DNA from: TPA_inf: Saccharomyces
Lineage: Eukaryota
DNA: 64,000 nt
Reading direction: 5' to 3'
NCBI GenBank assembly: GCA_000146045.2
Contig: BK006935.2
Location: forward strand, 1 to 64,000
The first letter of the stretch is position 1. Each line of letters begins with the position of its first letter. The translations under genes were made by a program, and so were the position numbers. The notes below the pieces were generated by a model, which saw only the letters and a list, made by a program, of their open reading frames with translations, was not told the origin of the DNA and did no database searches. Positions 45,899-57,796 of the stretch are shown here, piece by piece.

Positions 45899-48250
45899 AT
45901 GATCTTCCTAAACACCTTCGCAAGGTGCCTTTTAACGTGTTTCGTACTGTGCAGCGGTACAGCACGTTCCTCTGACACAAACGACACTACTCCGGCGTCT
46001 GCAAAGCATTTGCAGACCACTTCTTTATTGACGTGTATGGACAATTCGCAATTAACGGCATCATTCTTTGATGTGAAATTTTACCCCGATAATAATACTG
46101 TTATCTTTGATATTGACGCTACGACGACGCTTAATGGGAACGTCACTGTGAAGGCTGAGCTGCTTACTTACGGACTGAAAGTCCTGGATAAGACTTTTGA
46201 TTTATGTTCCTTGGGCCAAGTATCGCTTTGCCCCCTAAGTGCTGGGCGTATTGATGTCATGTCCACACAGGTGATCGAATCATCCATTACCAAGCAATTT
46301 CCCGGCATTGCTTACACCATTCCAGATTTGGACGCACAAGTACGTGTGGTGGCATACGCTCAGAATGACACGGAATTCGAAACTCCGCTGGCTTGTGTCC
46401 AGGCTATCTTGAGTAACGGGAAGACAGTGCAAACAAAGTATGCGGCCTGGCCCATTGCCGCTATCTCAGGTGTCGGTGTACTTACCTCAGGGTTTGTGTC
46501 TGTGATCGGTTACTCAGCCACTGCTGCTCACATTGCGTCCAACTCCATCTCATTGTTCATATACTTCCAAAATCTAGCTATCACTGCAATGATGGGTGTC
46601 TCAAGGGTTCCACCCATTGCTGCCGCGTGGACGCAGAATTTCCAATGGTCCATGGGTATCATCAATACAAACTTCATGCAAAAGATTTTTGATTGGTACG
46701 TACAGGCCACTAATGGTGTCTCAAATGTTGTGGTAGCTAACAAGGACGTCTTGTCCATTAGTGTGCAAAAACGTGCTATCTCTATGGCATCGTCTAGTGA
46801 TTACAATTTTGACACCATTTTAGACGATTCGAATCTGTACACCACTTCTGAGAAGGATCCAAGCAATTACTCAGCCAAGATTCTCGTGTTAAGAGGTATA
46901 GAAAGAGTTGCTTATTTGGCTAATATTGAGCTATCTAATTTCTTTTTGACCGGTATTGTGTTTTTTCTATTCTTCCTATTTGTAGTTGTCGTCTCTTTGA
47001 TTTTCTTTAAGGCGCTATTGGAAGTTCTTACAAGAGCAAGAATATTGAAAGAGACTTCCAATTTCTTCCAATATAGGAAGAACTGGGGGAGTATTATCAA
47101 AGGCACCCTTTTCAGATTATCTATCATCGCCTTCCCTCAAGTTTCTCTTCTGGCGATTTGGGAATTTACTCAGGTCAACTCTCCAGCGATTGTTGTTGAT
47201 GCGGTAGTAATATTACTGATCATCACGGGACTTCTGGTTTATGGAACTATAAGGGTTTTCATCAAGGGAAGAGAGTCTCTCAGATTATACAAGAATCCTG
47301 CGTACCTACTTTACAGTGATACCTACTTCTTGAACAAGTTTGGGTTCTTATACGTTCAATTCAAAGCAGATAAGTTTTGGTGGCTTTTACCCTTATTAAG
47401 TTATGCGTTCTTAAGATCCCTGTTTGTTGCCGTTTTACAAAACCAAGGTAAGGCTCAAGCAATGATCATCTTTGTCATTGAACTAGCTTACTTCGTTTGT
47501 CTCTGTTGGATAAGACCATATTTGGACAAGAGAACTAATGTTTTCAATATTGCTATTCATTTGGTGAATTTGATCAATGCATTTTTCTTTTTGTTTTTCA
47601 GTAATTTGTTCAAGCAACCAGCAGTGGTTTCGTCAGTGATGGCGGTTATTCTGTTCGTTTTGAACGCGGTGTTTGCTCTATTCCTATTATTGTTCACTAT
47701 TGTCACCTGTACACTGGCATTACTACACAGAAACCCAGATGTCCGTTACCAACCAATGAAAGATGACCGTGTGTCATTCATTCCTAAGATTCAAAATGAT
47801 TTCGATGGCAAAAACAAAAATGATTCTGAACTGTTTGAATTGAGAAAAGCTGTTATGGACACCAATGAAAATGAGGAAGAAAAAATGTTCCGTGACGACA
47901 CTTTCGGCAAGAACCTGAATGCAAACACAAATACAGCAAGACTCTTTGATGATGAGACTAGTTCATCCTCTTTTAAGCAAAATTCCTCTCCCTTCGATGC
48001 CTCGGAAGTAACGGAGCAACCTGTGCAACCAACCTCCGCTGTCATGGGTACGGGTGGCAGCTTCTTGTCTCCACAGTACCAACGTGCGTCATCTGCTTCT
48101 CGTACTAATCTAGCGCCGAATAATACAAGCACCTCCAGTTTAATGAAGCCTGAATCAAGTCTCTACCTGGGGAATTCCAATAAATCATATTCGCATTTTA
48201 ACAACAACGGCAGCAACGAAAACGCCCGCAACAACAACCCATATTTGTAA
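45899..48250 (+). CDS. FLC2: Flavin-carrier / TRP-like ER membrane protein, 783 aa
   Basis: A signal peptide and a lumenal N-terminal domain are followed by 8 or more TM helices (IVFFLFFLFVVVVSLIFF, LLPLLSYAFLRSLFVAV, MIIFVIELAYFVCLCWI, VILFVLNAVFALFLLLFTIV). The C-terminal tail is Asn/Ser-rich. Confidence 0.9.
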   Translation: MIFLNTFARCLLTCFVLCSGTARSSDTNDTTPASAKHLQTTSLLTCMDNSQLTASFFDVKFYPDNNTVIFDIDATTTLNGNVTVKAELLTYGLKVLDKTFDLCSLGQVSLCPLSAGRIDVMSTQVIESSITKQFPGIAYTIPDLDAQVRVVAYAQNDTEFETPLACVQAILSNGKTVQTKYAAWPIAAISGVGVLTSGFVSVIGYSATAAHIASNSISLFIYFQNLAITAMMGVSRVPPIAAAWTQNFQWSMGIINTNFMQKIFDWYVQATNGVSNVVVANKDVLSISVQKRAISMASSSDYNFDTILDDSNLYTTSEKDPSNYSAKILVLRGIERVAYLANIELSNFFLTGIVFFLFFLFVVVVSLIFFKALLEVLTRARILKETSNFFQYRKNWGSIIKGTLFRLSIIAFPQVSLLAIWEFTQVNSPAIVVDAVVILLIITGLLVYGTIRVFIKGRESLRLYKNPAYLLYSDTYFLNKFGFLYVQFKADKFWWLLPLLSYAFLRSLFVAVLQNQGKAQAMIIFVIELAYFVCLCWIRPYLDKRTNVFNIAIHLVNLINAFFFLFFSNLFKQPAVVSSVMAVILFVLNAVFALFLLLFTIVTCTLALLHRNPDVRYQPMKDDRVSFIPKIQNDFDGKNKNDSELFELRKAVMDTNENEEEKMFRDDTFGKNLNANTNTARLFDDETSSSSFKQNSSPFDASEVTEQPVQPTSAVMGTGGSFLSPQYQRASSASRTNLAPNNTSTSSLMKPESSLYLGNSNKSYSHFNNNGSNENARNNNPYL

Positions 48251-48563
48251 TCCAATATATACTCACATGTAACAACTTATTATATAAATATTTAAGGGCA
48301 AGGATATCCTACATTATATTTCATAGAAAACCGCTCAAAAAGGTGTATTATCTCCATTACATCCCAACACCACACATATTTCAGCGATAAAAACCTTAAA
48401 TGTGAAATTCGCTTTGGCTCTGCTTCCTTAAATGTACGCAATTGCCGCTTTTTTCTGACATCTTTTTTGACGTGTAGAGAAGGAAACAGATCCTCCAGAA
48501 GGGATTTACTGTTGGCTATTTTGTGTTAGAAGCAGGTTAATAATAGATTAGGTTGCGTAAGTC

Positions 48564-51500
48564 ATGGTCGAAAATAGTACGCAGAAGGCCCCACATGCCG
48601 GAAATGATGATAATAGCTCTACCAAGCCATATTCGGAGGCGTTTTTCTTAGGGTTCAATAACCCAACGCCTGGATTAGAAGCTGAGCACTCAAGCACATC
48701 GCCTGCCCCCGAGAACTCCGAAACACATAATAGGAAAAGAAATAGAATATTGTTTGTCTGCCAGGCTTGTAGGAAGTCAAAAACAAAGTGTGATAGAGAA
48801 AAACCTGAATGTGGTCGATGCGTCAAGCATGGGTTAAAATGTGTTTATGACGTATCAAAACAGCCAGCACCACGAATTCCGAGTAAAGACGCCATTATAT
48901 CAAGGTTGGAAAAAGATATGTTTTATTGGAAAGATAAAGCTATGAAGCTACTAACAGAGAGAGAGGTGAATGAATCAGGCAAGAGATCAGCAAGTCCGAT
49001 CAATACAAACAATGCTAGCGGGGACAGTCCTGATACCAAGAAGCAGCATAAAATGGAACCTATATATGAACAAAGTGGTAACGGGGATATAAACAATGGT
49101 ACCAGAAATGATATTGAAATCAACTTGTATAGAAGTCATCCAACCATGATCATGAGTAAAGTCATGAAAAGAGAAGTTAAGCCGTTATCTGAAAATTATA
49201 TTATAATTCAGGACTGTTTTCTAAAAATCCTGGTCACTTCAGTGTTCCTTGACACTTCAAAGAACACGATGATACCGGCATTGACGGCAAACGCGAATAT
49301 TACAAGAGCCCAGCCTAGCGTAGCAAATAACCTTTTGAAATTGAAGGAAATGCTAATCAGACAGTGTCAAACCGAAGATGAAAAAAATCGTGTAAACGAA
49401 TTCACTGATAGAATACTACAAAATACAAATTCAAATAGAAACTTGAAAATCGGTATGCTATTATCAATGCTTTACAATTCTGTCGGTTACCAATATCTGG
49501 AGGATCATTGCCCTCAAGGTGGCGAATATTCGGATTTATTGAGAAATTTGATCAATGAATGTGAAGCTATTTTGCCATCTTACGAAATTATTGAACGCTA
49601 CAAGAACCACTTTTATGAGTACGTTTATCCAAGTCTACCTTTCATCGAATTAGAAATTTTTGAAGAATCATTAAGTCAAACAATTTTTCCGGACCCAAAC
49701 AACCCCTCCAAGGTGCAAATACGTATGGGTAGCACACATTTGAGAGCTAAGGTGGAAAACTTGAGTCTTCTATTGGTTATCTTGAAACTCTCATACATGT
49801 CAATAAGGTTTTTAGATCATAGTACAGCAGACTCGAGTTTTTATCTTTCAAAGGAAATAATTGATAAATACCCAATACCGAACGATTTTATTTTATTGAG
49901 TCAAAGATGTCTAGCATCGGAAAATTGGTGTGCATGCGCTAATGAAAACATCATATCATGTTTACTATATATCTGGTCTTTTTTTGCTTTTTCTCCTGAA
50001 GAGGGTGATTTCTTTCTCGAGCACCCCACCGATGTTATCAGTAGTTTGATAATGATGCTTTCCACCTCGATTGGTCTCCACAGAGATCCTTCAGATTTCC
50101 CTCAATTGATTTCCCCGTCCACCTCAGATAAAAGAACCTTGAATCACAGAAGAATACTCTGGTTGAGTATCGTTACCGTTTGTTCGTTTGAAGCAAGTCT
50201 CAAAGGTAGACATTCTGTCTCACCGATATCTTTAATGGCCTTATTCCTAAATATTAAGGATCCTGATTCTCTGACGGTATATATGAACCGAGTTAGGGGC
50301 GATCTAAGCGATATCAATAATCACAAACTTTTGAGAATTCATAAATTTACATTCAAGAGAGCCCAGCTTGCGTTACTCCTGTCGGACTTAGATAACTTGA
50401 CGATGACATACTATGGTAGTTTCCATTTGCATTCAATTGAATTCATAAGAGAAAAGATTGAGATTTTTGTGGAGGAAAACTTTCCCATAGTACCATTAAA
50501 AAGTGTCGCACAGGATAAGTCAGACCTTGATGACATGAATGTGATTTCAGAAATGAATATATTATCTTCAGAAAATTCTTCTTCATTTCACAATCGAATA
50601 ATGAATAAACTATTGATGTTGAGAACTTCAATGGCCGTATTCTTGCATTTTGAAACACTTATCACTAAGGATAAAAGTATCTTCCCATTCTACAAGAAAT
50701 ACTTTATGGTTAGCTGTATGGATGCGTTGTCACTAATAAATTATTTCAATAAGTTTTTCAACGGAGAATATCGACACGCAATATCTTCTTTAACCAGTTT
50801 TAATGTTACAAAATTTATTCAGTTAGCACTATCCAGCACAATCTTCAGCCTATTAGGGATTATACTAAGAATAGGTTTAGCCATCCATATGTTATCTTCT
50901 GAAGTACAAAAGTTATCGGGAACGACAGATCCAAGAATAAAGGAGTTAAATACCAAAGTCGAAAAATTTAGTACCCTGCAAAGAGATCTCGAGTCTGCTT
51001 TAGAAGGTATATATTGCTCTGCTTCGGAACATTTAAGATTCACATACTTCCCCGTTTTTAAGATGTTGGCTTTATTCGATGTCATTGTACAAAGGATGAG
51101 AAAGGGTGAATTATGGCACGGCATATTTACGATGATTCAAATGGAACAAATGCATTCTAGGATAATCAAGACATTAAGCATTACCTTAGGAGTCAAACTG
51201 GACAAAAAGGATAGGCTATTAGAGGAATTGATGGCATGCAATCACGTTGCGAATTTTAGCGTTGAAGATATAGATGAGCTGAACCGTAATATCAAAAAAG
51301 AGATTCAAATTTCTTCAGGATTGAAGCCGCCTGTAAACACAATTGACTTAACCAACGGCGAACCATTCGGAAATGCTGTTCCTACCTTCACAAAGACATG
51401 GAGTTCATCCTTAGATAATTTAGAAAAACTATCATCGGCCGCTGCAGTTGGTCAGAGCTTGGACTACAACAGTGGTTTACGTCAGGGTCCTTTGGCGGGT

Positions 51501-51707
51501 GGTGGTTCAAAAGAGCAAACGCCAATAGCCGGGATGAATAACTTGAACAATTCAATCAATGCTACACCAATTGTCGATAACTCATCTGGATCACAACTTC
51601 CTAATGGTTTCGATAGAGGCCAAGCGAATAATACTCCTTTTCCAGGTTATTTTGGAGGTTTGGATTTATTTGATTATGACTTTTTGTTTGGCAATGACTT
51701 TGCTTAA
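48564..51707 (+). CDS. OAF1: Oleate-activated Zn2Cys6 transcription factor, 1047 aa
   Basis: A Zn(II)2Cys6 binuclear cluster (CQACRKSKTKCDREKPECGRCVKHGLKC) lies near the N-terminus of a large fungal-transcription-factor body. It matches OAF1. Confidence 0.93.
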   Translation: MVENSTQKAPHAGNDDNSSTKPYSEAFFLGFNNPTPGLEAEHSSTSPAPENSETHNRKRNRILFVCQACRKSKTKCDREKPECGRCVKHGLKCVYDVSKQPAPRIPSKDAIISRLEKDMFYWKDKAMKLLTEREVNESGKRSASPINTNNASGDSPDTKKQHKMEPIYEQSGNGDINNGTRNDIEINLYRSHPTMIMSKVMKREVKPLSENYIIIQDCFLKILVTSVFLDTSKNTMIPALTANANITRAQPSVANNLLKLKEMLIRQCQTEDEKNRVNEFTDRILQNTNSNRNLKIGMLLSMLYNSVGYQYLEDHCPQGGEYSDLLRNLINECEAILPSYEIIERYKNHFYEYVYPSLPFIELEIFEESLSQTIFPDPNNPSKVQIRMGSTHLRAKVENLSLLLVILKLSYMSIRFLDHSTADSSFYLSKEIIDKYPIPNDFILLSQRCLASENWCACANENIISCLLYIWSFFAFSPEEGDFFLEHPTDVISSLIMMLSTSIGLHRDPSDFPQLISPSTSDKRTLNHRRILWLSIVTVCSFEASLKGRHSVSPISLMALFLNIKDPDSLTVYMNRVRGDLSDINNHKLLRIHKFTFKRAQLALLLSDLDNLTMTYYGSFHLHSIEFIREKIEIFVEENFPIVPLKSVAQDKSDLDDMNVISEMNILSSENSSSFHNRIMNKLLMLRTSMAVFLHFETLITKDKSIFPFYKKYFMVSCMDALSLINYFNKFFNGEYRHAISSLTSFNVTKFIQLALSSTIFSLLGIILRIGLAIHMLSSEVQKLSGTTDPRIKELNTKVEKFSTLQRDLESALEGIYCSASEHLRFTYFPVFKMLALFDVIVQRMRKGELWHGIFTMIQMEQMHSRIIKTLSITLGVKLDKKDRLLEELMACNHVANFSVEDIDELNRNIKKEIQISSGLKPPVNTIDLTNGEPFGNAVPTFTKTWSSSLDNLEKLSSAAAVGQSLDYNSGLRQGPLAGGGSKEQTPIAGMNNLNNSINATPIVDNSSGSQLPNGFDRGQANNTPFPGYFGGLDLFDYDFLFGNDFA

Positions 51708-51854
51708 AAATTTTCTTTCCAAACTCCTACCTATTCATTTCATCAATTAATTAATATTATATAGCCACGAATTTATGAAACTGACCGATAATATAAAGTG
51801 CTCAATATATATATATATGTATATAACGGTTAACGTAAGAAGAGCTCTTCCCTC

Positions 51855-52595
51855 TTAAACATTCGAAAAATGATTGAACCAGTATATTTGGTCGAGCAAG
51901 ACTTTCTCCTTCGCATATTTTACGGCAGGTATGGATATATCGCCTCTTGCTGCAAACCCGTGAGCCACACCACTGAAGAGGTCTAACTGGTAAGTAGCGT
52001 GATTATCCTTTAATTTTTCCTCCGTTAAGTGTCTTAAGTTTGCCGGAAAGATGTGATCCTCTTCCGCTGCTGAAATCAATATTGGTTTCTTGCTATCAAT
52101 TGCTTCAATTTCCTCGATGCTGACGAAAGATGGATGTGCAATGGCTGCAGCATTGGCAAGACCCCCGTCGCCACTAATGTGTTGGACGGCAAACTTTGCA
52201 CCAAAACAGTAACCCACAACGCCAATAAACTTTGGGTCATATTCAAGTTTTAACAACTTCATGAATCCATCAACAATTTTCTTGGTGACTTCAGGAGAAT
52301 GTCTTTGAAACCAGGCATCACGATCAATTGGTTTGTCCGATGAGATAGCATCGCCGAATAAAATATCGGGAACAAAGACCATGTACCCAGCACTAGCAAA
52401 TTTGTCGGCCGTTAATAAAACATTGTTGAATTTATTGCCATACACATCTGTCAAGATAACTATAACTTTTTCCTTGGGAGATGTAGAGCCTGCTGCATAA
52501 GTATCTAAACCGAAGATTTCTTCACGACGACCCTTGGGTGTTCCATCGTGACAAACTCCTTCAAAGCAACACTTGCCAGGTTGATTAGATGCCAT
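51855..52595 (-). CDS. AIM2: Dienelactone-hydrolase-family protein, 246 aa
   Basis: An alpha/beta-hydrolase (DLH) fold with the nucleophile-elbow-like GYCFGAK motif and a conserved His near the C-terminus (GVAHGFA). Confidence 0.88.
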
Positions 52596-52800
52596 TTGAT
52601 TGAAATAATTTTGTTCTGCTGTAGTTAGACGTAGTGGAAAACTTTAAGTCTACTGAGTCTTGAGACCTTATCACCCTTTGAAGGTTTCTTGCAAATGAGC
52701 GTGGTTTGGCATTTTTTATCGGAAAGAAAAAAAGGGCTCCGCCTTAGGCCAGATATCATAGAAATGCAACACTTCCCTAATATAGAAATTTGGGCATTAA

Positions 52801-54789
52801 TTATTTTGAGAATTTTGATGATTTGAATAATTTCATTAACGTAAAGGAACATAGTGCTACGAATCCAACAGTGGACCCAAAAATGAGAGCCGTTTGTCTG
52901 TAGTCGACATCTTTTGCTGCTGTTTCTTCTGGCAATCCCGGAGTGTTTTTGCCAGGATCAAGAGCAGCTTCTGTGATTTTAATAAACAATTCATTAAGGG
53001 AACTTAGCCATCTGGATGATATGTGCAGTGGGTGGTTCACAAATAGCTCGTCTGCCAGTTCATCTGGTTGGATTTGACACCTTTGTTGCTGCTTATCCAA
53101 ATCTGCCTTAGAAGCTACAAATACCAACGGTAGATCTTGTAAATGTGTGAATTTGTCTAGAAGCGAAACTAAGTAGGAGAATGATTCTGGGTCGCTGGAA
53201 TCGTATGTTAGACAGATTACGTCACATTCTTTTAACTTATCCTTATTCTCTAGTATGGCGTATTCCTGTTCTCCAAGTTCTTGCAAAATCAAATAGTACT
53301 GTTTCCCACCTTTGAGTTCTAAACTATTGACTGCAATTCTTGGTTTGATTGTCGGAGAATACTCCTCCGAGAAAGATCTGCCCAAGAAGGCCTCTAGCAA
53401 AGAGCTTTTGCCGCAACATGGCTTTCCAATGACAAAGCAATTGAACACTTTTCTGTCATTGATATTGGATCTGTAAAGTTTCCCGGAACGGCGTCTCATT
53501 TTCCTTGGCTTGGTTACTTGTAGGGCTAGTCTTGCATCTTCCTGAAAGCCAAAATACACCAAGTAAGCGGTAGTTGTGCTATAGTTCAAGAAAGTCGTCA
53601 TACTCCATTGTGCTAGCCAGCCTTGTAAGGTGATGCAACCCTTGTTGTTTACGACAGTGGAGAAGGGGAAATTCGTTGAGGTCCATAGTTTAGGCAGCCC
53701 TGGTGTGCACTTAAATAGACGATGTAATTCTTGATTATTCAAACCACCATCATTGTCGATATCAAACTTCAAAAAAATATCTACAAGAAATCTGTAGCCC
53801 TTGGGGCTCAATTCCACACTGGAAGTGTCAGGGACAACCAACCTCGGATGGAGAATTTTGTCATTAATACACAAGGAATCTGTGTAATGGAAAGTTCTTA
53901 GGATAGCCCATGTAGTTTCGTGTCTCCCCCTTTCAGCGTATATTTTGTTCAGTACAAGGAAACCATCTTTGGTGATGCCTTTTCCCGGTACGTATAGCTT
54001 GCGGTTAATGTACTCTTGATCGTGCTTGGAAATATCCAAAAGCAAATCTTTAATAAAATTCAGTTCGTTTACATCGATACTCTTATTGAAGCACTTTTTT
54101 TGTAAGCCCAAGATTTCGTTGTCATCTAAATATGAGTCCTGGTTTAAATCGCTTAAAAGAAAAATTCTTTTTAAAGCCATGACAGCCAATGGCTTTAGTT
54201 CACCTACCATGGCATCAAATAAAGGTGATATTGGGTGTGTTATAGCCCTTTGGCAAAGATAAAACGCTTGGTTAAGATCAAACTGTGTCTTGGCACTTGT
54301 CTTAATGCAAGTGTCGATTTCTTTAAACTCCATTAATATTGGGATAAATTCTTCATCCTCCACTTTGGTATCGATATCATCATCACTGTTCTCTGACACG
54401 ACCATTGCATTGGCATTAACATTCGATATGGAATCACATTTATTTTTGCAGAGAATGACAGGAATATTCAACCCCAGGGATCTGAAATGAGGCAACCAAA
54501 AGAGAGAAACATGGTCATACGATTCGTGATCGCAATACACAAGCCAAATTACGTCGGCGGACTTCAACTCATGGTCTAAAGCTATGAGGTCCGAATCTGA
54601 AGTGTCTATAAGTACTGTATTCTTAGGAGAATATGTAGGTGATGATGAGAAATCTCTTGGGATACTGATGGGTGGCAGCACGTCCTGTATGGTCGGTATG
54701 AATTCAGCTTTTGTTAATGATACAATCAGACTGGATTTACCAACCCCTTCATCACCGCAAATAACTACCCGAATCGTTTCTTTAGTCAT
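52801..54789 (-). CDS. GEM1: Mitochondrial outer-membrane Miro GTPase with two GTPase domains and EF-hands, 662 aa from the Met at 54789 (the open frame extends to 54861)
   Basis: An N-terminal P-loop ([11 protein letters not shown]) and a second GTPase P-loop ([11 protein letters not shown]). EF-hand loops lie between them ([24 protein letters not shown]). A C-terminal TM tail-anchor ([18 protein letters not shown]) follows. Confidence 0.93.
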   Translation of the reverse strand: MTKETIRVVICGDEGVGKSSLIVSLTKAEFIPTIQDVLPPISIPRDFSSSPTYSPKNTVLIDTSDSDLIALDHELKSADVIWLVYCDHESYDHVSLFWLPHFRSLGLNIPVILCKNKCDSISNVNANAMVVSENSDDDIDTKVEDEEFIPILMEFKEIDTCIKTSAKTQFDLNQAFYLCQRAITHPISPLFDAMVGELKPLAVMALKRIFLLSDLNQDSYLDDNEILGLQKKCFNKSIDVNELNFIKDLLLDISKHDQEYINRKLYVPGKGITKDGFLVLNKIYAERGRHETTWAILRTFHYTDSLCINDKILHPRLVVPDTSSVELSPKGYRFLVDIFLKFDIDNDGGLNNQELHRLFKCTPGLPKLWTSTNFPFSTVVNNKGCITLQGWLAQWSMTTFLNYSTTTAYLVYFGFQEDARLALQVTKPRKMRRRSGKLYRSNINDRKVFNCFVIGKPCCGKSSLLEAFLGRSFSEEYSPTIKPRIAVNSLELKGGKQYYLILQELGEQEYAILENKDKLKECDVICLTYDSSDPESFSYLVSLLDKFTHLQDLPLVFVASKADLDKQQQRCQIQPDELADELFVNHPLHISSRWLSSLNELFIKITEAALDPGKNTPGLPEETAAKDVDYRQTALIFGSTVGFVALCSFTLMKLFKSSKFSK

Positions 54790-54988
54790 TGTGTTGTTCA
54801 ACACATTAGTATTTAGAAGTCCGCTATTTTTGTTTTCAATTTTTATTTGTTTAATATACAAATTTCATTCTTGTTTTGAGGGTAAACCACTATACCAAAT
54901 GTTGAAGATCTAAAGGTATCGATCAAATATGTTGCTAGAGAGTGACTGAGTGTTACATTAAATATATTTATATATAAACGTATGATAT

Positions 54989-56857
54989 TTAGGGATTGTT
55001 GATTGATAGGTTGAAAAGTTTCGATCTCAATGACTCATTTTCCTGTTCTAAAGCCTTGATTCGAGCTTCTGAAGCGTTAGCATCGAGCTTCCGTCTTTCT
55101 CTTTCGGATATCCATCTTCTTTGTAACTCCTCTATTCGTAAGGTCAGTTCTTTATTTGGAGTTGCCGTTAATTCATTGCCCTGTTGATGTGGCTGCTCTG
55201 GGGTTTCCATGGAAATCAGTGAAGAGATATATGAGTTTATTATGGACTCTAATGCAGTCTCTATAAAAGTGTAGAGCGATTCTAGTTTGGGCTGAATCAA
55301 ATTCAAGTTTTTCAACGCATTTGGTACAGATTTTATGGATTTCATTTTCCTGTCAAATTGGGCAATAGAACTTTCTTGTAAGATTTTCTGCAGAATATTG
55401 AAAATACTGTCAAGGTGTAGTAAAAGGTTCTGATTAAATTTGATAAAATTGCTTTCATATTGGGATAGTATTAACTTTTGGTTGTCCAAAGTATTTAACT
55501 GATTTTTTAATTGGTAATTCTCCAAGTCTAATTTGTCTAACTGATTTTGTATTACGTGGAATTCCTCTGATTTATCGATTTGAAGGTCATTGATTTGTTT
55601 TTCCAAGTCATTGATGTAGCTGTCCCAATTATTTTCCTTTAGTTTATTGATTTTGGTCTGAGTTTCCAGTTCTTTGGTTAAAACTTTTTCATTTTGTTTC
55701 ATTTTAATGATGTCTTCCTTCAATTTTTCCAAATTGTTTATCAAGACAGATTGCGATTCGATCTTTTCCTTCAGTTGGGAAATCAAATGATCTTGTTTTT
55801 CTATAACGGAACTAGAATTTTCTTCCAATTCTAAGGAATCTAGTAGATGAGACTGCTCATTTAGTTTGGACGCTATTATTTTTTCTAATTTTTGCGATTT
55901 CTCGAATTTCAATCTAATGGAATTTATAAATTGATCATATTCTTTGTGCAAATTTTCTATGACAATCTCTAATTGAGTGTCTAAGGTTTTCTCAAAACGA
56001 GACTCGACGGCTGAAATTGGTAAGGAAGTACTGTTTGCCATTACATTTTCTGTATCAATGTGGTTGTTACTGTCATGAATTTCGTCATTCTGGTATCCAC
56101 CATCAGTATTCTCCTCTTTACTTGATGGTGAGTCCCTACTTTCTAACTGTGATCCTGCTGGTGAGGACTGGGCCAGTGAAAGAAATTCTTCCTTATCCTG
56201 CTTTGATTCCGCTCGACTTTTGGAATGCAAAAAGTCCTGCAAGAATTGGATGATGAACTTGGACAAAGTATCCATTTTTTCAAGAACATAATCCGAGCTC
56301 AGCTCTAAAGTTTCCTCCAGGGTCTCCCTCTCTTCTTTATCAAGAAGATGGGCATTTTCATCTTGCTCATTAAAATGCGTCAATATAAAGGACAATAGGT
56401 GATTGATCGTATTCACGATACTTTCCGAATTTTCTAAATTCTCTTGAACGAATTGTAGCGTATCTTGGTACTCGACTTCCTTCGCCTTTAAATCCTGTTT
56501 CAATTTGTTTATTTCAAGATTTAGACCCTCGATAATCGAATTTCTAAAATCAGTGTCATTGCCCAGCGATGGTGCATTGCCGTCTTTATTAGGGATTCTG
56601 CGAATGTATTCATAGAGTACTTGAATCTTGATTTTGGCATTAGTCAACTCCTTCTCCAAATTTTTGACTTTGTTGGAATCGTTCATCAGAGCAGGCTTGA
56701 TGGGATCGTTATGAGATGACCTCGTGGTCATGGAGTCCCTGAGTGATGGTATGGACATCCCAGAATCCATCGAGTTTGTGAACTCGCTGTCGTCATCATC
56801 ACCAGTGTTGTCATTATTGCGAAGATGCCTGCCACTAGGAATCCATCGACGTACCAT
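54989..56857 (-). CDS. SPC72: Spindle-pole-body gamma-tubulin-complex receptor, coiled-coil, 622 aa
   Basis: A 622-aa protein dominated by heptad-rich coiled-coil sequence (many L/E/K/Q repeats). It matches SPC72. Confidence 0.88.
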   Translation of the reverse strand: MVRRWIPSGRHLRNNDNTGDDDDSEFTNSMDSGMSIPSLRDSMTTRSSHNDPIKPALMNDSNKVKNLEKELTNAKIKIQVLYEYIRRIPNKDGNAPSLGNDTDFRNSIIEGLNLEINKLKQDLKAKEVEYQDTLQFVQENLENSESIVNTINHLLSFILTHFNEQDENAHLLDKEERETLEETLELSSDYVLEKMDTLSKFIIQFLQDFLHSKSRAESKQDKEEFLSLAQSSPAGSQLESRDSPSSKEENTDGGYQNDEIHDSNNHIDTENVMANSTSLPISAVESRFEKTLDTQLEIVIENLHKEYDQFINSIRLKFEKSQKLEKIIASKLNEQSHLLDSLELEENSSSVIEKQDHLISQLKEKIESQSVLINNLEKLKEDIIKMKQNEKVLTKELETQTKINKLKENNWDSYINDLEKQINDLQIDKSEEFHVIQNQLDKLDLENYQLKNQLNTLDNQKLILSQYESNFIKFNQNLLLHLDSIFNILQKILQESSIAQFDRKMKSIKSVPNALKNLNLIQPKLESLYTFIETALESIINSYISSLISMETPEQPHQQGNELTATPNKELTLRIEELQRRWISERERRKLDANASEARIKALEQENESLRSKLFNLSINNP

Positions 56858-57028
56858 GGCTATAACTTTCCTTATGTTGTTTGCTTAGTTTTTTGATATT
56901 AGTGTTGCTTATGTGAAATTTCGCGATTTCAATTAAAATAATAAATACATATATAAAGAATATACACAGAGGGAAGCAAAAGTAAACTAAAAGTGATACT
57001 TACACGAGCTTTTTTGGTTCCAAACTGT

Positions 57029-57385
57029 TCATGATGATGCCGGACCCTTCCCAGTTGACTTCTTAGTGGTCAATTGTAGGCCATGCCATCTGGAAATATC
57101 GTCCCTCAAAATTCTGTTCACCAGCTGGTGCTGCTTGATGAGACTCAGTCCGTTGAACTTCTTGCTTGTTATGTTGATAGCAAACATGGATCCGCAGCCA
57201 CCGGAAACGTCTTGCACTTTACACACTTCAGGTTCCAGTTCCTGTTGTAGTTTATCGGTGATCATCTTCTCCTCCGGAGTCATTGCCATCTGCGTTGAGT
57301 ACCAAAGCTTTGAGCCCGTCAGAATCCTTGGCCACCGGACATGCTTCACAGATATAGAACGTAGCATGGTCTGTGGGAGCTTCAT
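57029..57385 (-). CDS. BOL3: Mitochondrial BolA-like protein (Fe-S cluster transfer), 118 aa
   Basis: The BolA fold signature region CGSMFAINITSKKFNGLSLIKQHQLVNRIL (a Cys before the helix-turn-helix) with an N-terminal mitochondrial presequence. Confidence 0.85.
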   Translation of the reverse strand: MKLPQTMLRSISVKHVRWPRILTGSKLWYSTQMAMTPEEKMITDKLQQELEPEVCKVQDVSGGCGSMFAINITSKKFNGLSLIKQHQLVNRILRDDISRWHGLQLTTKKSTGKGPASS

Positions 57386-57487
57386 TTCTATGTTTTACCT
57401 TCTCTTTTCGCTTTTATGGTTCTCAGTGACCAAATAAAGAAACTTATATATGTTCCGGAATGACGAATCAAAAAGAGAATAGCATCG

Positions 57488-57796
57488 TTAGCAGCAAACG
57501 AAAGTGGAAAGAGAATAATGTTCAAGAGAGCAATGAGCACAGATGGTCCCGTGGCACGTACCATCCTGAAGAGACTGGAATGCGGCTTTCCAGATTACAA
57601 GAACTTTGCGTTTGGCCTCTACAACGATTCTCACAAGCATAAGGGCCATGCTGGTGTACAGGGAAATGTCTCTGCTGAGACACATTTCCGGATTGAGATG
57701 GTCAGTAAAAAGTTCGAAGGCCTGAAACTTCCACAACGCCATCGTATGGTTTATTCCCTCTTGCAAGACGAGATGGCTCAGGCGAACGGTATCCAT
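57488..57796 (-). CDS. Dubious ORF entirely antisense to BOL1
   Basis: A 102-aa ORF fully overlapping the conserved BolA gene on the opposite strand. I recall it is annotated as dubious (YAL045C). Almost certainly not coding. Confidence 0.08.
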
